Source of the DNA: the human T2T-CHM13v2.0 reference genome, Homo sapiens
DNA length: 64,000 bases
Direction: 5' to 3' (one strand)
NCBI RefSeq assembly: GCF_009914755.1
Contig: NC_060929.1
The notes under the pieces are model-generated. The model ran no database searches. It was not told the origin of the DNA and saw only the letters and a program-made list of their open reading frames with translations. Position 1 is the first letter of the stretch, and every line of letters starts with the position of its first letter. The translations under genes were made by a program, and so were the position numbers. Positions 41,160 to 64,000 of this stretch are shown here, piece after piece.

Positions 41160-41792
41160 GAATTTCCCTCATGGGCCAGACTACAACTTAACAGACCTAG
41201 GGTTTTGAGCCATATTGCCATTGGATCTAGTATGTCTGTCTTGACCCCTCACCCCCACCCCATTCAGACCTCAGTAGTCCCCAGTAGTCACTTTAGGAGT
41301 TGGGACAGAGTCGAGCACCCTGTGAAAGTCTCCCTTGAGTTCAGGTGCCCTGAACTCAGTACAGCCTCATCTTCTCATCCACCACCTTCTCCTGCTTCTC
41401 CTGTCACATAGGGCCTCATGAAGGTCTTTAAAGGGTTTAAGCTGGGGATCTGCTTTATGTTTGAGAGAACTGTTCTGGCTGTTATGTAAAGGAGTGCAGG
41501 GAGGGGCAGGAAAGGAGACAAGGAGGCCAGTATGGACACTGTGTCCAGTATGGCTTTCCAGGCTAATCACTTAGGGCAGAGACCCAGCCTTATTCATCTC
41601 TACTTCCTGATGTCCATAGTGGTGTGTCATGAATTTTTATTGAATGAACAAATGAGGTGTATGAGGAGAGATGGTTTTCTCCTGCTCAGCTCTTACACAG
41701 TGATAGGTTTGTTCCATGGGACTTATCATAGGCCTGGTGATTCTTGAAAGAGCATTTTTCATGACTCAAAAATGAGCTGAGAAGGAGTGTTA

Positions 41793-48960
<7,168 letters not shown>

Positions 48961-50056
48961 CATTGCCTCCCTGTGCCTGTGTCCTTTTGCAATGTGACTT
49001 TATCATTGCTCCCATCAAGATCGGGCGGGCGGGGGAGGGGGGGGGTCCATTTCCCAGTCTCTTGAATCTGAACTAGTCTTGTGAGTTGCTTTGATCAGAG
49101 AATTCAGTAACATGACTGTACGACTTCCAAGGTTAGGACTTAAGTGCTCATGCAGCTTCCGTTCCTGACCCTGTGAAAGGAAGTTTGGGCTAGACCATGT
49201 GGCGACCACAGACCAGGTAGAGAGAGAAGCCAACAGCCAGCTCCATACATGTGAGGGAGGACATCCCAGACCCTCTAGCATAGCCAATCCACAGCATAAG
49301 CAGAACTGCCACCTGAGCCCAGCTAATCACAGAATTGTGAGAAATAATACATTGTTTTAAATAATTAAGTTTGGGAACAGTTTGTGCAGTAAAGGCTCAC
49401 AGAATCACTAGGTATAATAATCAGAAGCTTCCTAGTGTCTGTTTACCCTTCTTCCTATAATAAGCTTTTCTTTGAAAAACCCCACCCTCAGCTTATGTAG
49501 TCCGGGTGGGGAAGACCTCCACTCTCCTGGCTTTTGCCAGAACAGTTGAGAAGTTGCCAAGTGGGAATGTCTCGAGCCCAGAGCTGTTAGTGGCCTTCTT
49601 TGTCACTTCTTAGGGAGCACCTGTCATAGAGAAGAAGACAGAAGAGAGAATGAGTTTTGACCATACTGTTGGGAACCAGGATCAAGCTGTTTCTGGAGCC
49701 TGATTCACACCAGGACTTACAGTCATGCTCCTGTAGTCCCAGCTACTCAGGAGACTAAGGCAGGAGAATTTCTTAGGCCCAGGAGTTCACATCCAGCCTG
49801 GGCAGCACAACAGACCTCATCTCTTTAAAAAGTGCATGAGCCAGTACATTCACTATTTTGTGTAAGCAGGTTTGAATTTGAGTTTCTGTGTCTTGCAACT
49901 GAATGAAAACGTTCGCTGAGAGCCAGAAAAATTGATAGAGGCTGAGCAGCTCCAGGGCAGAGGGCAGTTAGGTCAGACAGAGGAGGGATTCCTGGCCGGG
50001 CAAGTTGGCTCACACCTGTAATCCCAGCACTTTGGGAGGCCGAGGCGGGCGGATCA

Positions 50057-50342
<286 letters not shown>

Positions 50343-50745
50343 TCACGCCTGTAATCCCAGCATTTTGGGAGGCCAAAGCAGGTGGATCATGAGATCAGGA
50401 GTTCAAGACCAGCCTGGACAACATGGTGAAACCCCGTCTCTATTAAAAATACAAAAAAAAACTAGCCGGGCATGGTGGTGGGTGCCTGTAATCCCAGCTA
50501 CTCATGAGGCTGAGGCGGGAAAATGGCTTGATCCCAGGAGGCAGAGGTTGCAGTGAGCCGAGATGAGTAACACTGTACCCCGGCCTGGGCGACAGAGCCA
50601 GACACCGTCTCAAAAAACAAACAAACAAAAAAATCTACACTTTTTAATACTCCTCCCTTCAATAGGTCAAGTTTAATTTCTACCCTATATCCCCTAATAT
50701 GGGCTGTAAGTAGCAATTCACTTTACTTACTGATTGATTGATTGA

Positions 50746-50910
<165 letters not shown>

Positions 50911-50913
50911 TGA

Positions 50914-51135
<222 letters not shown>

Positions 51136-51521
51136 TGACCTGCCTCAGCCTCCCAAAGTGCTGGGATTACAGGCGTGAGCCACCACGCCCGTCTGGCTAA
51201 TATTTTTTATTAGGGTCTCACTCCGTTGCCCAGGCTGGTCTCAAACTCCTAGGCTCAAGGAATCCTCCTCGCTCAGCCTCCTGAAGTGCTGGGATTATAG
51301 GCGTGAGCCACTGTGCCTGGCTGTGACTCACTTTTAACTAATAGAATAAGACAGAAGTGACAAGAATCTGATGTCTGAGAGTAAGTTATACATTACATTG
51401 CAGCTTCAATATTTCTCTCTTGGATCACCAGCTCTGAGGGAAACCAGCTAACGTGTTGTGGGAACACTCAAGCAGCCCTATCAAGAGGCTGTTGTTGAGA
51501 GAAATGTAGGTCTTCTACCAA

Positions 51522-52310
<789 letters not shown>

Positions 52311-52999
52311 TCAGCCAAATATTTGTTATGTAAAGTCGTTAAGTTTAAAAGTAATGTGTTATGAAGCAATGGATAACTAATACAGGTCTTTTTCCTAAAA
52401 GCCATGGAAATTTATTAAAAGGTTTTAAACAAATAGCAGTGAAAACAGGATGAATTTGCTGCCATGTAAACAAATGAGTACTATGGCCAAAGAGCCAACA
52501 GAGGAGAGTGGAGACACAAAGGAAGGGTGTTCTACTGAGAAGGAGCCTTTTATTTATAAAGGGTTTAAGAAAAAGGATTAGCCGAAGAAAAAATTATTTG
52601 GTTCACATAGTGAAATGTTCAAAGAAGGAATGGCTTCAGGCAAGGCTTGATCCGGGTGCACTCCAGCTCTTGGCCCTCTTGTTTCCTTTATTGCTGTCTT
52701 TCACAGAGAAGCTCTCCCAAGCAACTCTAGGCATCCCTATTCACAGCTCAGCTTCTCAGAGAGTTGGTTTCCTATTCATTCCAATAAAAGACCTAGACTG
52801 GCTCCCATTGGCCCTCCCATGGTCACATGCTCATCTCTGACTTAATCACAATGGCCTGGGAGATGGAATATTCTCCTTAGCCAGGTCTGGGTCACATGTC
52901 CACCATAAATGCCAAGGAGGAGTGTTGGTTTCATCCAGTCCCCCGTGGACTGCTAGTAGGGGAGGACCACGACATCAAGAAAAGTTTGAGGGGTCGTTA

Positions 53000-53525
<526 letters not shown>

Positions 53526-53824
53526 TCAGGCACATTCAGAGGCTCTACCTGGAGCTCACTGCAGCTGCGAAACAGCAGGTGTCTTGGGGGAGACTGGAGC
53601 TGGGACAGCAGAGAGCAGCAGAGGCCAGTCCTGGAGGGCCCTGAATGTCAGGCTGAGGAGCTGGGGGTGCCAGTGGGTGGTGGGGGGAGAGTAGTTAAGG
53701 GTGAGGAGTGGCAGCACAGTGGCACATGCCTGGAGTCCCAGCTAATGGGGAGGCTGAGGCAGGAGGATCCTGCGAGCCTAACAGTTGAAATCCCATCTGG
53801 CAATGTAACAAGACCCCGTCTCTA

Positions 53825-54031
<207 letters not shown>

Positions 54032-54168
54032 TCATCTGAACCCAGGAGACAGGTTGCAGTGAGCCGAGATCATGCCACTGCACTCCAGCCTGGGCATGAG
54101 ACTCTGTCTCAAATAAATAGATAAATAAATGATTTTAAAAAAATAAAAGCTGAGGAGTGACTTGGTTA

Positions 54169-54330
<162 letters not shown>

Positions 54331-54499
54331 TTACCCAGCCGTGGTGGCTTACACCTGTAATCCCAGCTACTCAGGAGGGTGAGGCAGGAGATTTGCTTGA
54401 ACCTGGGAGGTGGAGGTTGCAGCGAGCCAAGATCATGCCACTGCACTGCAGCCCGGGCGACAGAGAGACTCAAAAAAAAAAAAAAGTCGTTTTGGGAAC

Positions 54500-54885
54500 C
54501 AGTCACCGCTTCTTTTTGATAGCCCCTGGTTTTGTTAGGGGAAGCAAGGGGTTCAGCAAAATGAATATACTTCCTGGCTTCCTTTGCAGCTAGGGGTGGC
54601 CGTGTCACAGTCTGGCCAAGGAAATGAAATTGGGAGTTGCTGTGTGGAAACTCAACTCTCTGGAACTTCTTCCTTCCTCCTGCCTCTGCACAAATGTGAC
54701 GGCAGCAGCTGAAGCCAACATCTTGCGACCATGAGAGAAAAACCTGGAGAACGGACGAGTCCTCAACCCTGACTTCAGACCAACCTACACCCACCTCTGG
54801 ACGTGGGGCTAAGTGAGAGATGGATACACTGTTTCATTTAGGCCCTGCTCACTTAGGTTTCTGTTATTCACACCCCAACGAAACC
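54500..54885 (+). mobile_element. MaLR LTR (MLT1I/J-like)
   Basis: cttcctttgcagctaggggtggccgtgtcac...tctggccaa...catcttgcgaccatgag...cacctctggac...ggtttctgttatt. Confidence 0.65.
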
Positions 54886-56285
54886 CTCCATGGTCCAGGG
54901 CACCGGGCAAAGTACAGAAGGGCACGAGTTTACTTCCCGCTTCCCTGGAGACCACCAACCCTCTCACCCTTCCAGCCCAGCCTCTGCCACTTCCCAGCTG
55001 TCGGTCCTCCTCCAAACAGACGTGCATGCCAACACCCGGTGGGTGTGAGGCTTGTAGGCCCAAGTCTAGAGAGGCTGAGTCTGGCAAAGCCTGAAAGCCC
55101 CTGTCCTAGCAAGCCAGGCCACAGGTCTAGAGTATCCGAGACCAGTGAATAAGGGGACGGGGGGTGCTACTGAGGCTGTGAGAAGCCCCAGGACCAGCCC
55201 AGGGTAGTTAGAACTGAGTGAGGTTAGCCGGGACTAACCTCACTCAGATCCCTCCTCCCCAGTTCCCCTCCATCCACTTTGGTTTGGAAGCCTCCCCAGA
55301 GCTCTCCCAGGCTGTCATCAGCTCTAAACTCTCTGCCTCCACAAAAATGCCCTGGGCAACCTGTAACTCACAGCCCTGCTGTCTTCAGAGTATAAACTGG
55401 AGACAGATGTACCCAGAATTGAGGACGGGTGGGAAATGAGGAGAAATGAAGGCTGAGGAGGGGTCATTCTCACAGTCCCTCCCTTTCGGTCACAGGAGGG
55501 TGTTGCCCATGCTTTTGGGTGGGTCCCAGGCCCATAGCTGCAAATATTCATATTGGCTACTCTTCAGTGAGCAAGGGGTATATGCCAGGCACTGGCATTG
55601 TGCTTGACATACATCATCATACTGAGTCCTCACGGAAGATGTATTATTCCCATTTCACAGAAGATGAAACTGAGGCTTGAGGTTAAGTGATTTGTCCGTG
55701 ACCACAAAGAGTTTTCGGGACTCAAACCCAGATCTGTCACTGGGCAAGGTGGCTCACACCTATAATCCCAGCCCTTTGGGAGACTGAGGCCAGCAGATCT
55801 CCTGTGGCCAGGAGTTCAAGCCTGGCCAACAATGGCAAAACCCCGTCTCTACCAAAAATACAAAAATTAGCTGGGCGTGGTGGCACACACCCGTAATCCC
55901 AGCTACTCAGGTGGCTGAGGCAGGAGAATCACTTGAACCCAGGAGGTGGTGGTTGCAGTGAGCCTAGATCGTGCCACTGCATTCCAGCCTGAGCGACAGA
56001 GTAAGACTCTGTCTCCAAAAAAAACCCAGATCTGTCCGACTCTGACACCCAACCTTTAATCACTCACTTTCTGTCAATGTCACCTCCGTTTTGACCAGCC
56101 AAGCTAGACCTCCCTGGAGCCTGTGGAGAAGCCAAGGTAGAAAAGGGTTGGAAAAGAATGATAAAATAGGCCAGGTGCGGTGGCTCAAGCCTGTACTCCC
56201 AGCACTTTTGGAGGCCGAGACAGGCAGATTGCTTGAGCCCAGGAGTTCAAGACCAGCCTGGGCAACATAATGAGACCCTGTTTCA

Positions 56286-57172
<887 letters not shown>

Positions 57173-57884
57173 TTAGGGCCAGGCCCGGGCTGCAGTGGGG
57201 CCTGGGCAGGGGCCGGGCCGGCTTTAGTGGCAGCCCTTCTGCACAAGAGCCCCAGTGTTCCCTGGGCCCGGCTGCCATCCAAGAGCAACATCGTTGGCAC
57301 CAGGCAACGTCTGCCCTCTACCCCCCGATGACTCTGCCCCCAGGCAGGTGGGGGGTAGGACCTGGCCTCAGGAGACCCTCCTGGCCCAGCCCAGCATTCC
57401 AGAGGCACAGAGTCTGCAAACCCCTGCCTGGGCCTGGTGTCTCCTCAGGACTGCTGGCTAAAAGGTCAAGGAGTGCAGTGCTCAGTCCCAGCCCCCACAC
57501 CTCCCTCCCCAACACACTCACCTTCAGGTGAATCTGCACCTTCCCGGGCCACAGTTAAGGATGGAGACAGAAAGCATCTGATGCAGTAGCATCAATGATC
57601 CCACTCTGGAGAGTTATCCCGAGCTCTCCATCTTTGCCCCAGAAGACAGGGGTTCGAGTTCTGCAATTCACTTGCTAGATGACCTCAAATAAGTAATTCC
57701 ATCTCCCTGAGCTTGTTTCTTCACCTACAAATCAGAGCTAAGGATTCCTATGCCATTTGGCTTGGTGGAAGAATTAAAGGATATAACCCATGTACAACAC
57801 CCAGCATGATGCCTGGCATGTAACGGGAGCTGAAGAGTCACGAGCTCAGGAACAGGAACACGTTCATTTCCCCCAACACTCCTA

Positions 57885-58469
<585 letters not shown>

Positions 58470-59769
58470 TCAAGTGATTCTCCTGCCTCAGCCACCCCAG
58501 TAGCTGGGATTACAAGCGTGTGCCACCATGCCTGGCCAATTTTTGTATTTTTAGTAGAGATGGGGTTTTACCATGTTGGCCAGGGTGGTCTCGAACTCCT
58601 GACCTCAAGTGATCCGCCCACCTCAGACTCCCAAAGTGCTGGGATTACAGGAGTGAGCCACTGTGCCCAGTCGTGTCTGAATGTCTTTGAGAAAGAGACT
58701 GCAAATGTGACTGGTGAAAGATTGCGTGTCAGCAAGAGAGTGAGACAGTGTGAAAGGCTTAGGTGCTCTCCCTGACTGGCTCAGCTTATCTCCCAGGCTG
58801 TAACTGATTACTTATCTGTCTGTCCCCACTACAATGTCAGCAGCCCCTTGAAGGGTAGAAGTAGGGTCCAGGCCAGGTGAGGTGGCTCACATCTGTAATC
58901 CCAGCATTTGAGGAGGCTGACATGGGCAGATAACTTGAGGTCAGGAGTTTGAGACTAGCCTGGTCAATATGGTGAAACCTTGTCTCTACTAAAAATATAA
59001 AAATTAGCCAGGTGTAGTAGTGCACATTTGTAATCCCAGCTACTCAGGAGCCTGAGGCAGGAGAATCACTTGAACCCAGGAGGCAGAGCTTGCAGTGAAC
59101 TAAGATCACACCACTGCACTCCAGCCTGGACAACAGAGCAAGACACTGTCTCCCAAAGAAAAGAAAAGAAAAAGAGTCCAATTCGGGGCTTTATCCCCAG
59201 GATTTAAAACAGTGGATGCCACATAATGAACCTTCAATAAATAATCATTCAGATGAATGAGTGAATGAGTGAATGACTTTGTGAGGGAGCATCAGCCTCT
59301 GTGGAGGGTCAGTGTGAAAGGTTATGAGTGCGGGGAGAGGAGGCAGACAAGGGATATGGGGAACATATCCTAGGGACATCAGAGGGTTGCAAATCTGAGG
59401 GATTTGCGCATCTCAGGAGACAAGGAGGTTGCAAGACCTGAGCTATGAAAACTTTTAGTTTGTCTTTGGCTCTGGTAAACTCAGGAAATGCCCGGGAAGG
59501 TGAATGAAAGCCATGTGGGGTCCAGCTCCAGCTGGCGGCTCACCCTGTCTCCCCCCACAACCACATTCACAAGGGGAGCCAGCAGAGGGCCAGAGGCAGG
59601 GAGCTGAACCCCTCCAGCAGTCCGGGAGGTCTGGCAAGGTACCCTCTGGGCAGGCAGCTCCCAGGGCCAGGAGCCTCATCTGTCCTGGGAGCTCCAGCAA
59701 GGCAGGACTCTAGAGAAGGGAACCAGGACAAATTGTTTTTAAAAGATAACCAATTAAAAAAAAATTTAT

Positions 59770-59838
59770 AATATACATATATATGTGTGGGTGTGTCTGT
59801 GTGTATGTATATACACACAGACACACAGACACACACAG

Positions 59839-59898
<60 letters not shown>
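59770..59898. repeat. Compound AT/GT/AC microsatellite at the tail of an antisense Alu (59886-60180)
   Basis: Read directly; contains a perfect 16-bp inverted repeat. Confidence 0.93.
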
Positions 59899-60182
59899 GG
59901 AGACAAAGTCTCACTCTGTCACCCAGTCTGGAGTGCAATGGCACGATCTCGGCTCACTGCAACCTCCACCTCCCGGGTTCAAGCAATTCTCTGCCTCAGC
60001 CTCCCTAGTAGCTGAGATTACAGGCACATGCCACCATGCCTGGCTAATTTTTTTGTATTTTTAGTAGAGCTGGGGTTTCACCATCTTGCCAGGTTGGTCT
60101 TGAACTCCTGACCTCGTGATCCACCCACCTAAGCCTCCCAAAGTGCTGAGATTACAGGCGTGAGCCACCGTGCCCAGCCTAA

Positions 60183-60359
<177 letters not shown>

Positions 60360-60543
60360 TAAGAAGAAAAAGAAAAAAACAATTTTAAGTCTCTTTAATG
60401 GGCCTTACAGTTATGCAAAGATATGCCACTATCCCTTTGGGAGTGAGGGTGGAAAGAACTAGACTTGCCTGCGTAACAATGAGAAAGGAAGTTGCTTCTT
60501 AAGACAGGGTCTACACTAGCTAGAGGGGACAACCAGGACCTGA

Positions 60544-60798
<255 letters not shown>

Positions 60799-62119
60799 TA
60801 GATGCTCAGGAGAGAAGTGCTTACAGGTGAGGCAAACATGAGCCAGGTGGGCACGGAGCTATCTGGGAGCACCTACTGTATGCCAGACACTTGAACTCTA
60901 ATGGTGAGGTCTGAGGACACAGTTCCTCTACTGAAAAATAGAGACAGGGCAACTATGTTGCCAGGGCTGGCCTCACACTCCTGAATTCAAGCTGTCCTCC
61001 TACCTCAGTCTCCTAGTAACTAGAACTACAGGCACCCGTCATTGTGCCCGGCCATTCCACAGCTATTTACATAATTAACTGTTCAGTTACAATTCTGGCA
61101 AGCGTGCTGAAGAAATAACAGGTCCTAAATAATTACAGCTAGTATTACAAAGCAAGCGCTGCATGCCAGGCTTACACATACTGCTAACATGTCTACTTTT
61201 TGCAACAACCTCTTGTGGGTGAGACTATCATTTGCCTGTTTTACTGAAAGGACAGTGAAGACTGAGGCCTTGTGTGATGGTGCTGAGAGCTGGGCCTATG
61301 ACGTCCAGCCCTGTAGTCTGTGCTCTGAACCACTTCACCCTGTTTCTTTCTCCATCCTCACAGTAGAGACGTCATCTAAGAGGAGCTTGCAAGTCCAGAG
61401 GGCTTCCTGAAGGAAGTGAGCTGAGAATAATATGAAATTAACCAGACCAAGGGCCATTCCAGGAAGAGAGAATGGTACGTGAAACTGCCCAGGAGTAGCA
61501 GGGTGGGAGCCAGGAGGCGTGGGTCATGGCAATCTATGTATAAAGAGCTATGGGAATCTATAGGAAAATTTAAGGGAGTGGCTGACACAGTCAGATTTGT
61601 GTTGTAAGTATCACTCCGCAGGTTGCGCAGGGAACAAATGAGGGAGCAGAAGGAAGGGGTTCTCCTATCCGCTGCACGGCACTGCGCAGAAGACAGGGGA
61701 GCCAGGCATTCCCTGAAGGGTGAAAAGCAAGGAGTAGAGCTGGGTAGTAGACTAGAATTTAGGAGCCTGGCCTGGGGCCTGGGTGGGGCGAAAGAGGCGG
61801 AGCCTGAATGGGGTGTGTATAGGGGGGTTGCGTGTAGGGGTGTGTGTATAGGCTGGGGCGGGGTCCCGGGAGTGGGCTGACTGGGTCGGGGGCGGGGCTC
61901 TCCAGGTGGGCGGGGATCTTGGCCACCCCTGGCCACACCTCTCTCCGGCTCGAGCTGGTCTAGGCGGGGCGGGCCCGAGGGGGTGTGGCAGGAGGTGGGC
62001 GGGCCCGGGTGGGGGGGGGGGGGGCGTGGAAGGAGGGGCGGGCCCGAGCAGGAGGGGGCGGGCCCGAGGGGCGGGGTGGGACAGGAGGTGGGCCGCTCGC
62101 GGCCACGCCGCCGTCGCGG

Positions 62120-62285
62120 GTACATTCCTCGCTCCCGGCCGAGGAGCGCTCGGGCTGTCTGCGGACCCTGCCGCGTGCAGGGGTCGCGGCCGGCTGGAGC
62201 TGGGAGTGAGGCGGCGGAGGAGCCAGGTGAGGAGGAGCCAGGTGAGCAGGACCCTGTGCTGGGCGCGGAGTCACGCAGGCTCGAG
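62120..62285 (+). other. FGFR4: FGFR4 non-coding exon 1 (alternative donors after 62241 and 62285)
   Basis: acattcctcgctcccggccgaggagcgctcgggctgtctgcgg...gaggagccag matches my recollection of the FGFR4 mRNA 5' end. Donors CAG|gtgagc and GAG|gtgagc; no ATG in the exon. ZNF346-FGFR4 is the known gene order. TSS approximate; coding exons lie beyond the window. Confidence 0.85.
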
Positions 62286-62324
62286 GTGAGCCGGAACCCT
62301 TGTGGGCCCGGGCTGCGCTCCCAG

Positions 62325-62339
62325 CCGCCAGGGGGCGAG
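62325..62339 (+). promoter_or_regulatory. CTCF core motif in FGFR4 intron 1
   Basis: CCGCCAGGGGGCGAG is near consensus, but the GC-rich background raises the chance-match rate. Confidence 0.55.
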
Positions 62340-62419
62340 AGGCGGCGGGGCTACGGGGACTGCCCCTCCCGGCGCAGGGGACCTGGGCGTCCGCCGGGCG
62401 GCAGGGGGTGGAGGGGGCG

Positions 62420-62507
62420 GTAAATCAGTAACCCGCAGTGCACACAGGGCCTTTTGTCCCGCTCCGTCCAAAGAGCACCCCGGCCGCGGAGCTGGTTACT
62501 CATTGCC
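62420..62507 (+). promoter_or_regulatory. Two HNF1-like sites in FGFR4 intron 1
   Basis: GTAAATCAGTAAC (62420-62432) and GTTACTCATTGCC (62495-62507) versus consensus GTTAATNATTAAC; AT-rich words inside a CpG island. Confidence 0.6.
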
Positions 62508-63179
62508 CACCGAGGCGGGGGCAGGCTGGCCCTGTGCAGCTACCCTCGGGACCCATTGATTCGCACCTCCCCCCAGGCTGGCCCGGCAAGGGTGGGGGAG
62601 GACAAGCGCGCTTGTCCCTGCGGCTGTCTTCGCGCCGGCGGCAGAGATGAGGGACCTGAGGCCCCGAAAAGTTCAGTCACTTAGTGCCCGGGGGCCTCCA
62701 GCGCGAGTGCGGGAGGCTGAAGGAGAACCCAGGACTGTCTGATGCCTAAGGCAGGCCCTCCATTCCCACGTGGGGGGTGGTCGGTCAGCGGTCAGCAGCC
62801 ATGGGTGACTCGACTAAGGACTCTGATATCAGGGCAGCCTGGGGTAGGAATAAACTCCCCGGGCCTCCCCACCCACTCCCAGCCCAAGCTGTGTACCCAA
62901 AGAGCTGCCCTCCCTGCCAAGCCGAGCTTGGTAGGGAGTTTTACCAAGGAGGATCCGACTGGATTCGAGAGTTGAGGTGGGCCAGAGACAGCAGTATCTG
63001 AGTCAGGTAGAGAAGAGCAATGAGGGGCACAGAGGGATGGGCAAGAGAGCACATGTGCCCAGTTTTGAAAGCCAATGGCTTCAGCGCTCCTGAAGGGGCA
63101 GACGGTGTGACCAAAGAGATAGGCAGCGGCAGAGAGGGAGCCCTAGGATGTTGAGCTGGATCCTGCTGGGCACAGGTAG

Positions 63180-63559
<380 letters not shown>

Positions 63560-64000
63560 GACTTGTAGTTTTTTAAAACTCTGCTGGAAGATGAAGGTTG
63601 AAGAGCCGAGGGAGAGGATGTTTCCAGAGGCCCATGCAAGAGATGGCCATGACCTGCCTTGAGAAGGGGCAGGGGAAGCCAGATGGACTGGAAGTGGAGT
63701 GGCAGTGACCAAGGAGGAGGAGGTGTGATAGGCTTCCCACGCAGGGTAGATCCAGAGACACCAGTGCCACCCATAGGCCCCTAGGACTGCAGTGGTCACC
63801 GATTCCTTTGTCCCAGCTGAGACTCAGTTCTGAGTGTTCTATTTTGGGGAACAGAGGCGTCCTTGGTAGCATTTGGAAGAGGATAGCCAGCTGGGGTGTG
63901 TGTACATCACAGCCTGACAGTAACAGCATCCGAACCAGAGGTGACTGGCTAAGGGCAGACCCAGGGCAACAGGTTAACCGTTCTAGGGCCGGGCACAGGG

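Larger units (their letters stand above)
39808..41180 (+). other. ZNF346: ZNF346 3' UTR
   Basis: About 1.4 kb of Alu-free unique sequence from the stop codon to the first AATAAA (41154). The 3' end is estimated. Confidence 0.8.
61850..62720 (+). promoter_or_regulatory. FGFR4: CpG island and TATA-less GC-box promoter of FGFR4
   Basis: Abrupt rise in GC and CpG density, many GGGGCGGGG/GGGCGG boxes at 61855-62080, no TATA box, directly upstream of the recognised FGFR4 5' UTR. Confidence 0.88.

Noticed and set aside
61376-62684. Long Pro/Gly/Arg-rich ORFs (249, 146, 127 aa) over the FGFR4 promoter
   Set aside because: Stop-codon scarcity in very GC-rich DNA; low complexity, no domain, and FGFR4 exon 1 is non-coding.

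Overview
Alu-saturated primate genomic DNA, recognisably human chr5q35.2. The window starts in intron 1 of ZNF346 (JAZ, a double-stranded-RNA-binding zinc-finger protein; + strand). It contains coding exons 2-7 (16321-39807), which splice in frame through canonical AG/GT sites and encode four C-x2-C-x12-H-x5-H fingers, then a 3' UTR with AATAAA at 41154. A ~20 kb repeat-rich spacer follows, then the TATA-less GC-box/CpG-island promoter, non-coding exon 1 and start of intron 1 of FGFR4 (~61850-64000, + strand). The rest is mostly Alus, old L1/L2/MIR fragments, LTRs and DNA-transposon relics; nearly all ORFs in the supplied track are Alu or GC-content artefacts. I found no new protein-coding gene or novel multi-gene system. 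The best leads are RNA-processing and regulatory: stop-free circularisable exon blocks (2-4 and 2-5), a cryptic 90-nt mini-intron after exon 5, a candidate LTR-derived distal last exon, an Alu orientation switch in intron 5, a full-length CTCF motif between the genes, and tandem donors plus HNF1-like sites at FGFR4. Gene names, exon numbers and repeat families were recognised by eye, not by database search; repeat boundaries are approximate.
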